Shown piece by piece: positions 36,401-47,907 of a DNA stretch of 64,000 bases. How positions within the stretch are numbered: position 1 is the first letter of the stretch; every line of letters starts with the position of its first letter. The notes under the pieces were generated by a model. The model was not told the origin of the DNA and ran no database searches. It saw nothing but the letters and a program-made list of their open reading frames with translations. The position numbers and the translations under genes are program-made. The DNA comes from Cyanophora paradoxa CCMP329 (lineage: Eukaryota > Plantae > Glaucophyta), in the NCBI GenBank assembly GCA_004431415.1, contig QPMI01000477.1, forward strand, positions 124,001 through 188,000, read 5' to 3'.

Positions 36401-39400
36401 CGTCTTCGCGCTGCTGGACGAGGAGTGCCGCCTCCCCGGCGGGTCCGACCGCGCCCTCGCCGGCAAGATCCACGCCCGCCTCGCCTCGTCCGCTCCCCTC
36501 CCCCCCCCCCCCCCCCCCCTCCTCTCCGCCTTACGACCGCCGCAGGCACGCGCGGCTGCTGGCGCCGCCCCCCGGGGCCCGCGGCGCCCCCTCCCGCACC
36601 AAGGACGAGGCCTTCGTCGTCCGCCACTACGCCGCCGACGTCCGTACCCCCGCCTCCGCCCCCCCCCCGCCCCGGACGATCGTGTACCCCCCAGGTGACG
36701 TACGAGGCGGCGGGCTTCCTGGAGAAGAACAACGACTCGCTCCACTCGGACCTGCTCGCCCTCGCCTCCTCCTCCCCCTGCCCCCTCATGCGCGCCCTCT
36801 TCCCCTCCGCCTCCTCCGCCCCCTCCGCCTCCTCGCACGCCCCCGAGGAGCTCGCCCCCTCCGCCTCGGGCTCCTCCCCCCCTCCCTCCGGCTCCTTCCT
36901 CGACCGCGTCTCCGCCTTCCTCTTCCAGGTACCCCCCGTCCCCGCCCGAATCCGCGTACCCCCCTCGCCGACGGATTGCTTCGCCCCGGCAGCCCTCGCC
37001 GCCCACGTCGCCGCCCTCGTCCCCGAGGGGCGACCCGCCCGCCTCCGCCCGCAGCGGGCCCCTCCCCGCCCGCTTCTCCTCCGTCTGCGGCAAGTTCTCC
37101 GTGCGCCGTACCCCTTCCACTATCCGCCCCCCTCTTCCGTACCCCTCCCCGCTGAATCCCGTACCCCCAGTCCCAGCTGGACGCCCTAATGAAGGAGATC
37201 GGGCAGACCTCCAGCCACTTCATCCGCTGCATCAAGGTGCCATGTACCCCCGCCCATCTCCCCCCTCCCACTCCGCCCGCTGCTGACCAGGCCCCAGCCG
37301 AACAACGCGCAGGCGCCGCAGCGGTTCGAGGGGGGCCCGGTGCTGGGTCAGCTCCGCGCCAGCGGCATGCTCGAGGCCGTCCGCATGCTCCACGCCGGGT
37401 GCCCCTCTCCCCCCTCGCATCCCTCAGCGTACCCCCCCTCACCTTCCTCCCCCCCTCCCTCGGCAGCTACCCCACGCGATGCACGTTCGACACGCTTCAC
37501 CAGCGGTGCCCTGCCCCGCCCCCCGCCCCCCCTTCCCTCCCGTCCGCCGCCCGCCCCCGACCTCCGGCGGGCAGGTACGCGGGGAGCGTGCCGGCGGCGC
37601 TGGGGGCGCTGGGCCCGGCGCGCTTCGCCGAGGCGCTCCTCATCGCCCTCGACGTACCCCGCGCCGACTTCAAGGCCCCCCCCCCCCCCCCCCCCCCTCC
37701 GCCGTCCCGCCCCCCGTCCCGTCAGCTGAGCCCGGCCCCGCCTCGCTGCAGGTGGGCCTCACCCGCGTCTTCTTCCGCTCCGGCAAGCTCGGCATGGTCG
37801 ACCAGCTCACCAACGGCGCCCTCGGGTGCCTCCTTTCCTACCCCTTTTCTTCTTTCTTTTGTCTAAAAGCGAGGCGCAGGGAGCTCTCGGAGGGGGTGGC
37901 GGAGCGCGTGCGGCGCTGGCTCGTCCGCAAGCGCTGGACCGGCGCCCTCTGGGCCGCCCGCACCGCCCTCCGCTGTCCGCCGCCCCCGCCGCCCCCGCCG
38001 GCCCCCGAGCGAGCGCTCACCGCCCCCGCCGCAGTCGCGCTGGTGGCGAGGCGGGCGCGGGCGCTCGCGGCGTTCGTGGCGTGCGCGCGGCTCGCGCGGG
38101 CCGCCGTGCGGGCCTTCCTGCGGCCCCTGCGCCGCCTCCGCCGCCTCCGCTCCGCCCTCCTCCTCCAGAGCGGTCCGCGCCCCGTTCCCTTTGCTTTCCT
38201 CGAGGCGCGCCCGACGGACTGCGCGCAGCGTGGCGGGCGCACGCGGCGAGGGCGCGGCGGGGGCGGGCGGCGGGGGCGGCGCGGCGCTTGCAGGCGGCGT
38301 GGCGGGGCCTGGTGGCGCGGCGCGCGTACGCGGCGCTGCTGCCAAAGCAGGCGCGCGCCCTCGCCGCAACCGCACCACCGTCGAGGCGCTGGACCGCTGG
38401 AGCGGCGCCGGGGCCCCGGGCCCTCCTCCAAGCCCTCCCGCCCCCGCTCCCCGGCCCCTCCGCCTCCTCCCGGGCCGCCCGCCCGCCCCTCCCGCCCAAG
38501 CTCGCCGCCGCCGCCGCCGCCGGCGACCCCGCGGCCGCCGTCATCGCGTCCCTCCCCCCCGAGGTGCCCCGCGCCGCCGCCCCACCTCAAGGGCGCTGCC
38601 GCTCATCCTTCCCCCAGGTCCTGGCGCTGCTCGCCCCGCGCGAGTCTGCCGTCGACGAGCTGCGCCAGGAGATGGAGGAGCAGGCCCGCCCGCGCCCCGC
38701 CCGCGCCCTGCTCCGCCCCGCCCCTCACCCCCGCACAGAAGCGGCGGTACGAGGAGGAGATGCGGCGGCGGGAGGCGGAGGCGGAGGCGCTGCGGGCGCG
38801 GCTGGAGGCGGAGGCGGAGGCGCGGCGGCGGGAGCGGGAGGAGGAGCGGGCGCGCCTCGAGGCAGAGATGTCCCGCCGCCTCGAGGAGGAGATGTCCCGC
38901 CGCTTCGAGGAGGAGCGCCGCCGCCGGTACCCCCACCCTGCCCTCTGCCGGGGCCGGGGTACGCGGTGCGAAGGCTCCCCCGCAGGGACGAGGAGGCGGC
39001 GCAGCTGCGGGCGATGGTCGAGGCGCTGCGCGCGGGAACCGCCTCGGAGCGCGAGAAGGCGCGTACCCCCCTCCCCTCCTCCCCGCCCCCCCTCATCCAG
39101 AGCAGTCGGACGCGGAGCGGCGGGAGAAGGAGGAGGAGGAGCGGCGGGCGAGGGAGGAGGAGGAGGCGCGGCGGCGGCGGGAGGCCGACGAGGCGGCCGA
39201 GATGCGCGCCCGCGTCGAGGAGCAGGCGAGCCCCGAGCGCAACCGCGCCGCCCGGCGGCACCGCCTCGCTCACTCTCTTCCTTGGCCGCAGGAGCGCAAG
39301 ATCCAGGAGATGATGGCGCTCCTGCATCGGAAGAGCAGCGTCGAGTTGGCGCCGGCGCCCGCAGGGCTGCCCCCGGGGCTCCCCAAGCCCGCCTCCTTCC

Positions 39401-40200
39401 GGCGGGTGCCGAGCCGGGAGAGCCTGGCGGAGGAGGCGGCGGCGGCGCGCGAGCAAGTCGAGAGCGTCGGCAAGCGCGCCGGCGACAACCTCGAGGGGCT
39501 GGTGCGCCGGCCGTCGCCGCTCCGCCGCCCCGCGCCCCGCGCGGACTTGAGCTCCTTGCGCGTCGGGCAGCTGGACCGGATCTTCTCGAAGAGCGCGGCG
39601 GCGACCGAACGGCGGCGGGCGACGACGCCGCGCAGCGGCAGCGCCACGCGGCGCGACCCGTCCCCGCCCTCGGCCCGGGCCCGGGCCCGGGCCCGAGCTC
39701 GGGGCGCGAGGCCTTCCTGGATTCGACGCCCTCCAGCGTGGTCCGCCCCGCCCGCCCGCCCCGCCCCGCCCGCCTCGCGCCCGCCCGAGCTGAGCGGCGG
39801 CGGCGGCGGCGGCGGCGGCGCAGCGGGCGGCGTCGTCGCTGCGGACCATCCCGCAGTCGCCGCGGAGCCCCTCCAACCCATCGACGCCCCGCGCAGGTGC
39901 GCGAGCGGCGCGCCGCCCTCGCGCCGCCTGACGCGCGCGCGCAGCCCGCTGAGCCGCAGGGGCGGCCTCACCACCTCCTCGCACCGCGGTGAGCGGGGCG
40001 GGCCCCCGAAGCGCCGGCGCCGCGCCCCTCTGAGCGGCGGTGGCGCAGTGGACGTGTCGATCGCGGGGGGCAGCGGCGGCCACGAGCGCGAGCGCCCGCG
40101 GGCGGCCTCGGCGCGCGTCCTCTTCCCCCAGCCCCGCGACCCTGACTGCGTCTCGCCCCACCTCGAGCCTCTCTGCGGCACCCCGCCCCAGAGCCTGTGA
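33460..40200 (+). CDS. Myosin heavy chain, class VI-like: SH3-like N-terminus, motor, insert-2-like helix, IQ motifs, ER-rich single alpha-helix, low-complexity tail
   Basis: LLALNPY; [13 protein letters not shown]; P-loop [10 protein letters not shown]; [20 protein letters not shown]; [16 protein letters not shown]; [10 protein letters not shown]; [20 protein letters not shown]; LLDEECRLP; [13 protein letters not shown]; HFIRCIK/PN; [11 protein letters not shown]; [15 protein letters not shown]-rich helix at about 38740-39224. Stop at 40200. Confidence 0.93.
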
Positions 40201-40673
40201 CCGGCGGAGAGAGAGATCTAGAGACCTACAGCTGTAGATGGGGCACAGTTTTGAGTACACGCAGCTGAAGAGACTTCAAATTCGAGGACGAAGCTGTAGT
40301 CACGCAGCCTCTCGATGTTTCGAGGGCAGTTTTGATGTATACATGATGAAATCGAAAGGCGTACGCTCTAGTTAGAAGCATAGCTCATGAACAATGAAAT
40401 TGCAATCATCTATCGTATTTACACCTGTACATCACAGTACCGGGGTCCCACCAGTACTAGTACTTCCGCTACACTAGTACTTGCGCATGCCGAAACTGTA
40501 TACGTAGCCATGGCCATGGGTCGTGCACGTGGCCGAGCTCACGCAGGCGGGGTCTTAAGCTTGGCCATGGATCCGGAGGCAGATCGAGCTTCGAGACGTG
40601 TCCTGCCCGAGGGCGCGGAGGCCGGCCTCGAGCTGCATGGCCTACGGCGCTCAGCGGCTTCGGAGCGCATGGC

Positions 40674-41816
40674 CTACGCGTACGGGCCGGGCCGCGGGGC
40701 GTGGCCGAGCTGGCGCGTGCGGGCCTCGAGCTCCGTCTCCAGGCGGGCCTTCTCCGCCTCGAGCCGGTCCCGCTCCTCCCGCATCGCGAAGTACGCCCGC
40801 TTCACGCCCTCGTACTTCGCCAGCGGTACCTGCGCCCCCAGGAGCGTCGACGCCGGCCCCGGCGCGGCAGATCTAGCTATAGAGTTTAAAGCGAGGGCGG
40901 GGGCAGCCGGGGCGGGCGCGGGCGCATGCGCACAGCGCTCGGGTCCTGCTGGGGGACGGCCGGCGCCTGCTGCGCGCCCAGCACGATCGCGAGTGCTCAC
41001 GTGAGTGTTGCCCCCGCGGTCTCTATGGCTTTAGCGCCCCGCGGCGCTCGCCGCACCACACGCATCAAATTAGCAGCGAGCTCGTCCGCCCGCTGGCGCG
41101 CCGCCGCCGCCTCCTGCTCCGCCTGCAGCTGCCGGCAGCGGAACGCGTTATTTTTGCGCCGTTACTCGGCGGCGCGCGTTACTCGCAAGGTGCAGCCGGT
41201 GGAGCGCGAAAATCGCTGCGAAAATTGCTCACCCGGGCGGCCGCAGCGCGGGCCTCCTGCAGCTTCTCCGCGAGCTCGCCCAGCAGAGCCCCCCCCTCGC
41301 CCCGCTCCGCCTCGGCCGCTTCGAGCTGTGCAGGCAGTCATGAACACGATAAGTTTTTTCGAATTCAGAATATCCGCATGAACAGCTCTAGGCCAAATTT
41401 CGTACGAAAAACGCACCGCCTTTTTTAGCGCTCCGGCCGCCGACCTGCGCTCAGTGTAAGGCGCCGGCCGCGAATTCGAAGAGGACGGCTGTATACGTAG
41501 GCACTTTTAGGAGTGGGGTGCGCGCACGCTTCGGCCGCGGCGCCGGCTGCGGGCCTCCCGAGCGCCGCCTTCGCCTTGGCGAGTGCAGCCGCGAAAAGAT
41601 CTTCCGGGCCGGCGGCCGCCCGGAGCGGCCCCGACGCCGACGGTGCACGCGGCTCCGGATCCTGCAGCTGGGCGACCGGGGATCGGAGGGGGCTCACGGA
41701 GGCCTGCAGGGGGCCACGGTCCAGCTGGGGGCCCGGGCCCGAGCTCGAGGGGCCGCCCCCGATCGCGACCGAGCTCGATCTCGATGTCGAGGCGGGGTTC
41801 GAGCCGTTGGGTTCGG

Positions 41817-41878
<62 letters not shown>

Positions 41879-43966
41879 GGCTGCTGCTGCGGACCCGCGG
41901 CCGGAGATGCCGCTCGCACCGATCGCGAGGGCGTGGCGGCCTGCAGCTGGGAGCTCGCGGGGACCTCGGGGCGCGGCGCCGGCGGCGGATGTACATGGGC
42001 GCCTTCGAGCGTGCACGCGGTGCCGCTGGCGGCCGCGGGGCGGAGATCTAGAGGGACGTCGGCGAACAGCCTGCGGCGCCGACCGCCGCTCTTTCGGCTC
42101 CGGTTTCGGCTGCGGCTCCGCCCGGTGCGCCGGGCCCGGTCGCGGCTCCGGCTCCGGCTGCGGTCACGGCCGCGGCCGCGGCTGCGGCTGCGGCTGCGGC
42201 TGTGGCTGCGGCTGCGCCGCGGTCGCTTGCGTCCGGGGCTGCGCTCGCGGCTCCGGCTCCGGCTCCGGCTGAGGTGCTCATGATCGAGGCGGCCGATTTC
42301 GCTGTCGACGTCGTGCGAATGCTTTGATAGAAATCTACAGCTGAGTCAGCGTGTGGACAATGAACGCCCGCAAGCGAAGTTAGAAAGGGCGCACTCGTGA
42401 TCGCCATCGCGGAGCTCGAGCTCGCTGTCGCGGGTTTCGAATTCGAGGCCCTCGTAGTCCTCGGCCTTGAAGCCCTCCGGGCCAACCTGCAGGCGGGAAG
42501 CGGAACGATCATAATTATATGCAACTCGACGTCGACGCTCCGGATCCACATCGGATCGCCGCCCCACATCGAGTGCCCCTCGCGCACTCTCTCAAGATCT
42601 CGGCGGGCGAGCGATGTGCCTCCAAATTCTCCTCCGATTCTCGGGAGATCCACCGCGCGGTCCTGAGGGCGTGTGTCCATATAAATATGCATGACACTCG
42701 AGCCCGATTGAAATAAACGCGCGGCGCGCTTTGAGGGCCCTTTCCGCGTCCTCGCGGCGTCGGAAGAGGACGAGGGCGGCGCGGATGCCGCCGCGGCCTC
42801 CCCGGATCGCCCGCACCGCTTCCACGGCGCCAATTCTGCGGCACAGGAGACCCGTCATGATCAATAATTATAATACTCGCAGGTTGAGCGGATGATATAT
42901 CGCGATATCGATCGACATATAATTCAATTTCGAATTCGCGCGCGCCTGCGGCAGGCGGCGACGACCTCGTGGCGGAGCGGGTCGCGGTTGCCGGGCAGGC
43001 CCTTGAAGCTGCCGACCCACACGACGCGGGCCTGGAACCGGGCGCGCTTGCGGGCATCGGAGTCGGATTCTTCGGGGGGGAGCTGCTGATCGGGGGCGGT
43101 CCGTGGCTGGAATTCGAACTGCGGCCGGCCCATTGCAAGACTGGTCAGGGCGCCGGCGCGAGCGCGAGCTCGAGCTTGAGGAGCAAGAGCATGCGCACCG
43201 TGTCGAAGCCGAAGCCCTGGTTCGCGCTGGCCTCGACCCCCCCGACTCGGACTCGCTTCTCCGCCCTGGCATGGCCGGGGGCCGGAGCGTCATGATCAGG
43301 AGGCAGCGATTGATCTCGAGCTCGATTGCGAATTTTCGAATCCGAATCCAGTAATCATGATTACGAATCGATTGCGAATTTTCGAATCCGCGCTAGCTAT
43401 AGCGCTGCGCACCGGAGCTTCTCGGCGGCCTGGCGGGTCCGCATCTTCACGAAGGCGTAAGTCTTGTTTCTGGCCGTGGCCACGCCCTGGACTTCGCCGA
43501 ATCTGTAAATTGCGCGAATCCGGAGTTAGAGGGTGGCGCGCCGTGCCGGGACGCGATCACGTAAGGCGGGCGCAAATTTTAGAACCCGGACCTGCCGCAC
43601 GCTTCGTGGATCTCCTCCACGCTAACGGCCCTGGAGGTCCACCTTCCGAGCCAAACGACGCGATCGTGCAGCTCCTGCGAGGATTCCTCCAACTCGTTCG
43701 CGAATATTAATGGAGCTTCGGCAGGCCGAGGCGGTCGATCGCGAGGTCGCTGCGCGCGTCAAGATAAGAATAGATCTCGAAGATTAATATTGGAGCGCTA
43801 GCGCAACCGTTGAACGTCGATTCGCGGGAATGCGAACCGCTTCGGCTGCCGGGAGATCGATCCGGAAGCCCTCGCGATCATTCGCGAGCTCGCCTAGGCC
43901 TGCAGCTGCAGCTGGGCCATTGCCGCTGATCATGACGCCGCGGTCCTCTAAATCTTCGCGCTTCAT
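40674..43966 (-). CDS. SR-like paralog A: 2 divergent RRMs, RS domain, polyQ, C-terminal coiled coil
   Basis: ATG 43966 (MKREDLED). RRM1 DRVVWLGRWTSRAVSVEEIHEACGR/FGEVQGVATARNKTYAFVKMRTRQAAEKL. RRM2 RVVWVGSFKG..EVVAACRR/IGAVEAVR..ALVLFRRREDAERALK. RS tract at about 42110-42270. Tail VPLAKYEGVKRAYFAMREERDRLEAEKARLETELE..* at 40674. Confidence 0.7.
41818..41889 (-). repeat. (CAG)20-CCG-(CAG)3 microsatellite encoding polyglutamine in paralog A
   Basis: Uninterrupted CTG run at 41818-41877 on the + strand, then CGG and three more CTG. Confidence 0.95.
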
Positions 43967-45013
43967 AAAGTGCATCGTAATTTATACTCGCAGTCAGGTT
44001 TGCGGGGGCCGTTGCCCTGCGGTTGGCCATGGGCGCGCGAGCGTATACGTAGCACAAGTGAATGCGCACATGCAAAAGCAAATGCGCCTCACCTGGAGAC
44101 TAGTCCCTTAAAGCTTAAAGCTTGCCGTGCGCAGGAGCACTCGCAAATTAAAGCAAAGCTTAAGCTGCGTCTGCGGCGTAGTGCGCTTCAGCACGTGCAC
44201 GCGCGCGCTTGCTTCGAATTGAATTCTGACCGGACCGCGCCTGCACGTGCACGTCGAACCTTGAGAGACTGTGCGCTGGAGCCGCGCGCTTGAAATGAGA
44301 AGTTCTGAAGAATTCGCCGTCGATCTGCGCGGTCGCGCGTGATCATGAGGGCCGTGCGGTCGAGAGGCAGGGGAATATTACTGCTCTTCACATGTACATA
44401 TGCATATGCATGCACGCGAACGGCCGCGCGGTTCAGAGGAACGAGAATGCTCGCCACGCAAGGGGCGGAGCGGCGGCGTTGCTGTTGCAATTGGCAGAAG
44501 GCGGTGAGCGCACTTCCGACCTGCGCCGGCCGCGCTCCAGTTGCGGCGGTGCGCAAATTAAAGAATGCTCGGCTTTAGCTTGAATCGCGACAGTACCCGG
44601 CAGTGCAGCGCAGCTGTACCCTCACACAGCTCGGAAAAAAAGGGTCCTCACAAAGCTAGAGAAATCACAAAATCTCCAGTACTAGCTAGCTAGTATTTCG
44701 AGACCATTTTTGAAATCGGCGGAGCCAATTTTGCGCAATCCTCGATTTTCCCTAGCTCCCCCCCCCCCCTGCCATACAAACCGAGTTGTAGCTTCTCCCT
44801 AGCTTCTCCCCCCCCCCTCCCTGCATACGCATGCGGAAAGCACAAGCTTTCGGCCATCGTATACGTATCGTACCGTAGTGCACGCAGCGTCTCGGCGAAC
44901 ATCTCTGCAACACTAGCCTAGCGTTATCTGATCATATGCATGATATCGATCATGATCATGAGCTTGTAAAATTGAAAGCTTACAAATGAATGCCGTAGTA
45001 TATATTTATATAT

Positions 45014-47907
45014 CTAGCGCTGCAGCTGAGTGCCGTTGCCGAGGGCTTGGAGGCGGGCCTCGAGCTGCTCCTTCTCGGCGACCAAGTCGAAGTAACGTTG
45101 CTTCACGTTGTTGTACTTCTCCAGCGGGACCTGCCCGCGGCGTCGGCCAGAGGGAACTCGAATTCGAATTCGAAGCGCGGGGGCGGGGGCGGAGCGCGGG
45201 CGGGCGCACGACGTTGGCCGAAGCCGAGACCGAGGCCGCCTGCAGCTGCACGTGCGGGTCCGGGTCAGCTGCAGGCGCAGGTGCAGGCGGGGCGGCGCGG
45301 GCGCGCGCCGCACCTTGGAAGCGAGCTCGTCCGCCCGCCGGCGCTCCGCCCCCGCCGCCTCCTCCGCCTGCCGCAGGCCGTGCGCGTTACTTGCAAGGTG
45401 CAGCCGGCGCAGCGCGAAAATCGCTGCGAAAACCGCTCACCCGGGCGGCGGCGGCGCGGGCCTCCTGCAGCTTCTCCGCGAGCTCGCCAAGCAGAGCCGC
45501 CGCCTCGCCCCGATCCGCCTCGACCGTTTCGACCTGCGAAGGCAGCCAATTTTGCAAGTAAAGTTTTGTGAATCTCGGAGTGAGCAGTCTCCAGGCCGGG
45601 TGTGCGAAAATCGCACCGCTTTTCGCAGCGCTAGCGTTCCGAGAGGCTCGGGGAAAGGGGATCCTGAAGGGCCGCCCGCGGCCACCGACGTCGACCTGCG
45701 CGCAAAGTAAGGCCACGAATTCGAAGAGCGCGCGCAGAGCGCACGCTTCGGCCCCGGCGCCGGCTGCGGGCCTCCCGAGCGCCGCCTTCGCCTTGGCGAG
45801 AGCAGCCGCGAAAACGTCTTCCGGGTTGGCGGGCGCCCGGAGCGGCGCCGACGCCGACGGCGGCTCCTGGGGCGCCCGAAGGGGGCTGACGGTGCGCAGC
45901 AGCTCGTCCCGCTGCGGGTCCGAGGAGCCGCCTGCTGCGAGCACCGAGCTCGAGCTCGAGCTGGGGCCGGCGCCGTCCGGTTCGCCACGCCGGGGCTGCA
46001 GCGGGGGCTCCGGAGAGGCCTCCCCCTCCGAGCTCGAGGGCGCGGCGGCCTGCGAGCTCGATCGCGAGGTGCCTTCGAGCTCGGCTCCAGAGCGCGGCGC
46101 AGGCGCCGGCTCCGCCGATGTCGGGCAGCCGGCCGCGGCTGCCCCCGCGGCCGTGGCCGGGGGCTGCCCCGAGGCATCGGGGACACGAGCACCCGCGTCG
46201 GCAGGAGCGGGGCCGGGCGACCTGCCGCGGCTCCGCGGATCCGCAGGCGAGCTCGAGCGCCGCCGGCGCCGGTCGACGCTTTGCGATCGGCTGCGGCTCT
46301 GCCCGGTGCGCCGGGCCCGGTCGCGGCTCCGGCTCCGGCTGCGGTCACGGCCGCGGCCGCGGCTGCGGCTGCGGCTACGGCTGCGGCTGCGGCTGCGCCG
46401 CGGTCGCTTGCGTTCAGGGCTGCGCTCGCGGCTCCGGCTCCGGCTGCGGCTCCGGCTGTGGTGCTTGCGGCGACCGAGTTCCCTGTCGTGCAAATCAGAA
46501 TTATAGTCAGCGTTTAGAATTCGAAGGAGGGCTCTATTGAATGCGGGCAAGAAGCGAGTCTGCAGCCGAAATGACGCACTTGCGATCATGATTGCGCAGG
46601 TCGGTGTCGGGGGCTTCGAATTCGAACTCGAGGCCTTCGTAATTATAAGCCTCGGCCTTGAACCCCTCCGGGCCGACCTGCAGGCGGGAAGCGGGGTACG
46701 TTAGGCTGCCGGCGCTCGCCGCCTTGGGTTGAATGCATCTCGCGCACGTTCTCGCGGTCCCTGCGGACGACGAATGTACCCCCGGACTCCTCATGATCAA
46801 ATTTGACCACGCGGTTCTGAGGGCGAGCATTAAATTAATATTGATACGCCGTCCGAGAGCGCGTGCAAAAAGGGCAGCGCGCCTTGACGGCCCGCTCGGC
46901 GTCCTCGCGGCGCCGGAAGAGGACGAGGGCGGCCATGATGCCCCCGCGGCCGCCCCGGAGCTCCTGCACCGCCTCCAGAGCGCCCATCCTGGGAGGCCGT
47001 GCCCAGGATCGATCAGCATCGCTCCGGCGGACCGAGCGCGCGGTATCGACCGCGGGTAGGCGCGCCTGCGGCAGGCGGCGACGACCTCGTGGCGGAGCGG
47101 GTCGCGGTTGCCGGGCAGGCCCTTGAAGCTGCCGACCCACACGACGCGGGCCTGGAACCGGGCGCGCTCGTCTTCGGGGCGGGGCGGGGCCCGGAAGTTG
47201 TACTGCGCCCCCGCCCCCGGCCGGCCGAGGCTCAGAGGCCCAGGGGCGTGCGCGATATCGAGGGGCGAGGGCACCGCGTTGGGGTTGGAGGGCGTGGCCG
47301 CGTTGACCTCCATCCCCCTCCCCGGGCCGACTCGGAATCGCTTCTCGGCCCTGGCATGGGCGGCGCGGTGGCGGTCAAAGACGCGGCCCGCCGCTGGCTG
47401 GCGCGGTCGCGGTGCAGCGCGCAGCGCACCGGAGCCTCTCGGCGGCCTCGCGGGTCCGCATCAGCACGAAGGCGAACGACCTGTTCTTCGCCTCCTCGAC
47501 GTCCTCGACCTCGCCGAACCTTGCGCGCGCAGCCCGACGTCAGCGCGCCGGCGCCGGCGCCGGCGCCGGGACGGCGGGGGCGCAAGACGGACCTGCCGCA
47601 CGTGTCGCGGATGTCCTCGGGGCACACAGTCCTCGGGGGCCAGGGCCCGAGCCAGACCACGCGCTCGTGCAGCTCCTGCGCGGATTCCTCCGACTCATTT
47701 GCGATCGAATTCGAAGCTTCAGCAGGCGGTCGAGGTCTCTGCGTGCAGAAGATTAAGAATCAATCTTGACGACTAGAGCATAGCCGTTCGACGTCGACCC
47801 ACGGGGCTGCTAACCGCTTCGGCTGCTGGCCATGGCCATGGGCCCGCGAAGCCCTCGAGCTCGCCTGGGCCATCGCCGCTGCCGCCGCGATCCTCTTCGC
47901 GCGTCAT
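45014..47907 (-). CDS. SR-like paralog B: 2 divergent RRMs, RS domain, C-terminal coiled coil
   Basis: ATG 47907 (MTREEDRG). RRM1 ERVVWLGPWPPRTVCPEDIRDTCGR/FGEVEDVEEAKNRSFAFVLMRTREAAERL. RRM2 RVVWVGSFKG../MGALEAVQE..ALVLFRRREDAERAVK. RS tract at about 46260-46465. Tail VPLEKYNNVKQRYFDLVAEKEQLEARLQ..* at 45014. Confidence 0.72.

Noticed and set aside
33690-39300. Introns as introner-type mobile elements
   Set aside because: Introns share composition and short motifs but no extended sequence identity or terminal repeats between non-paralogous positions.
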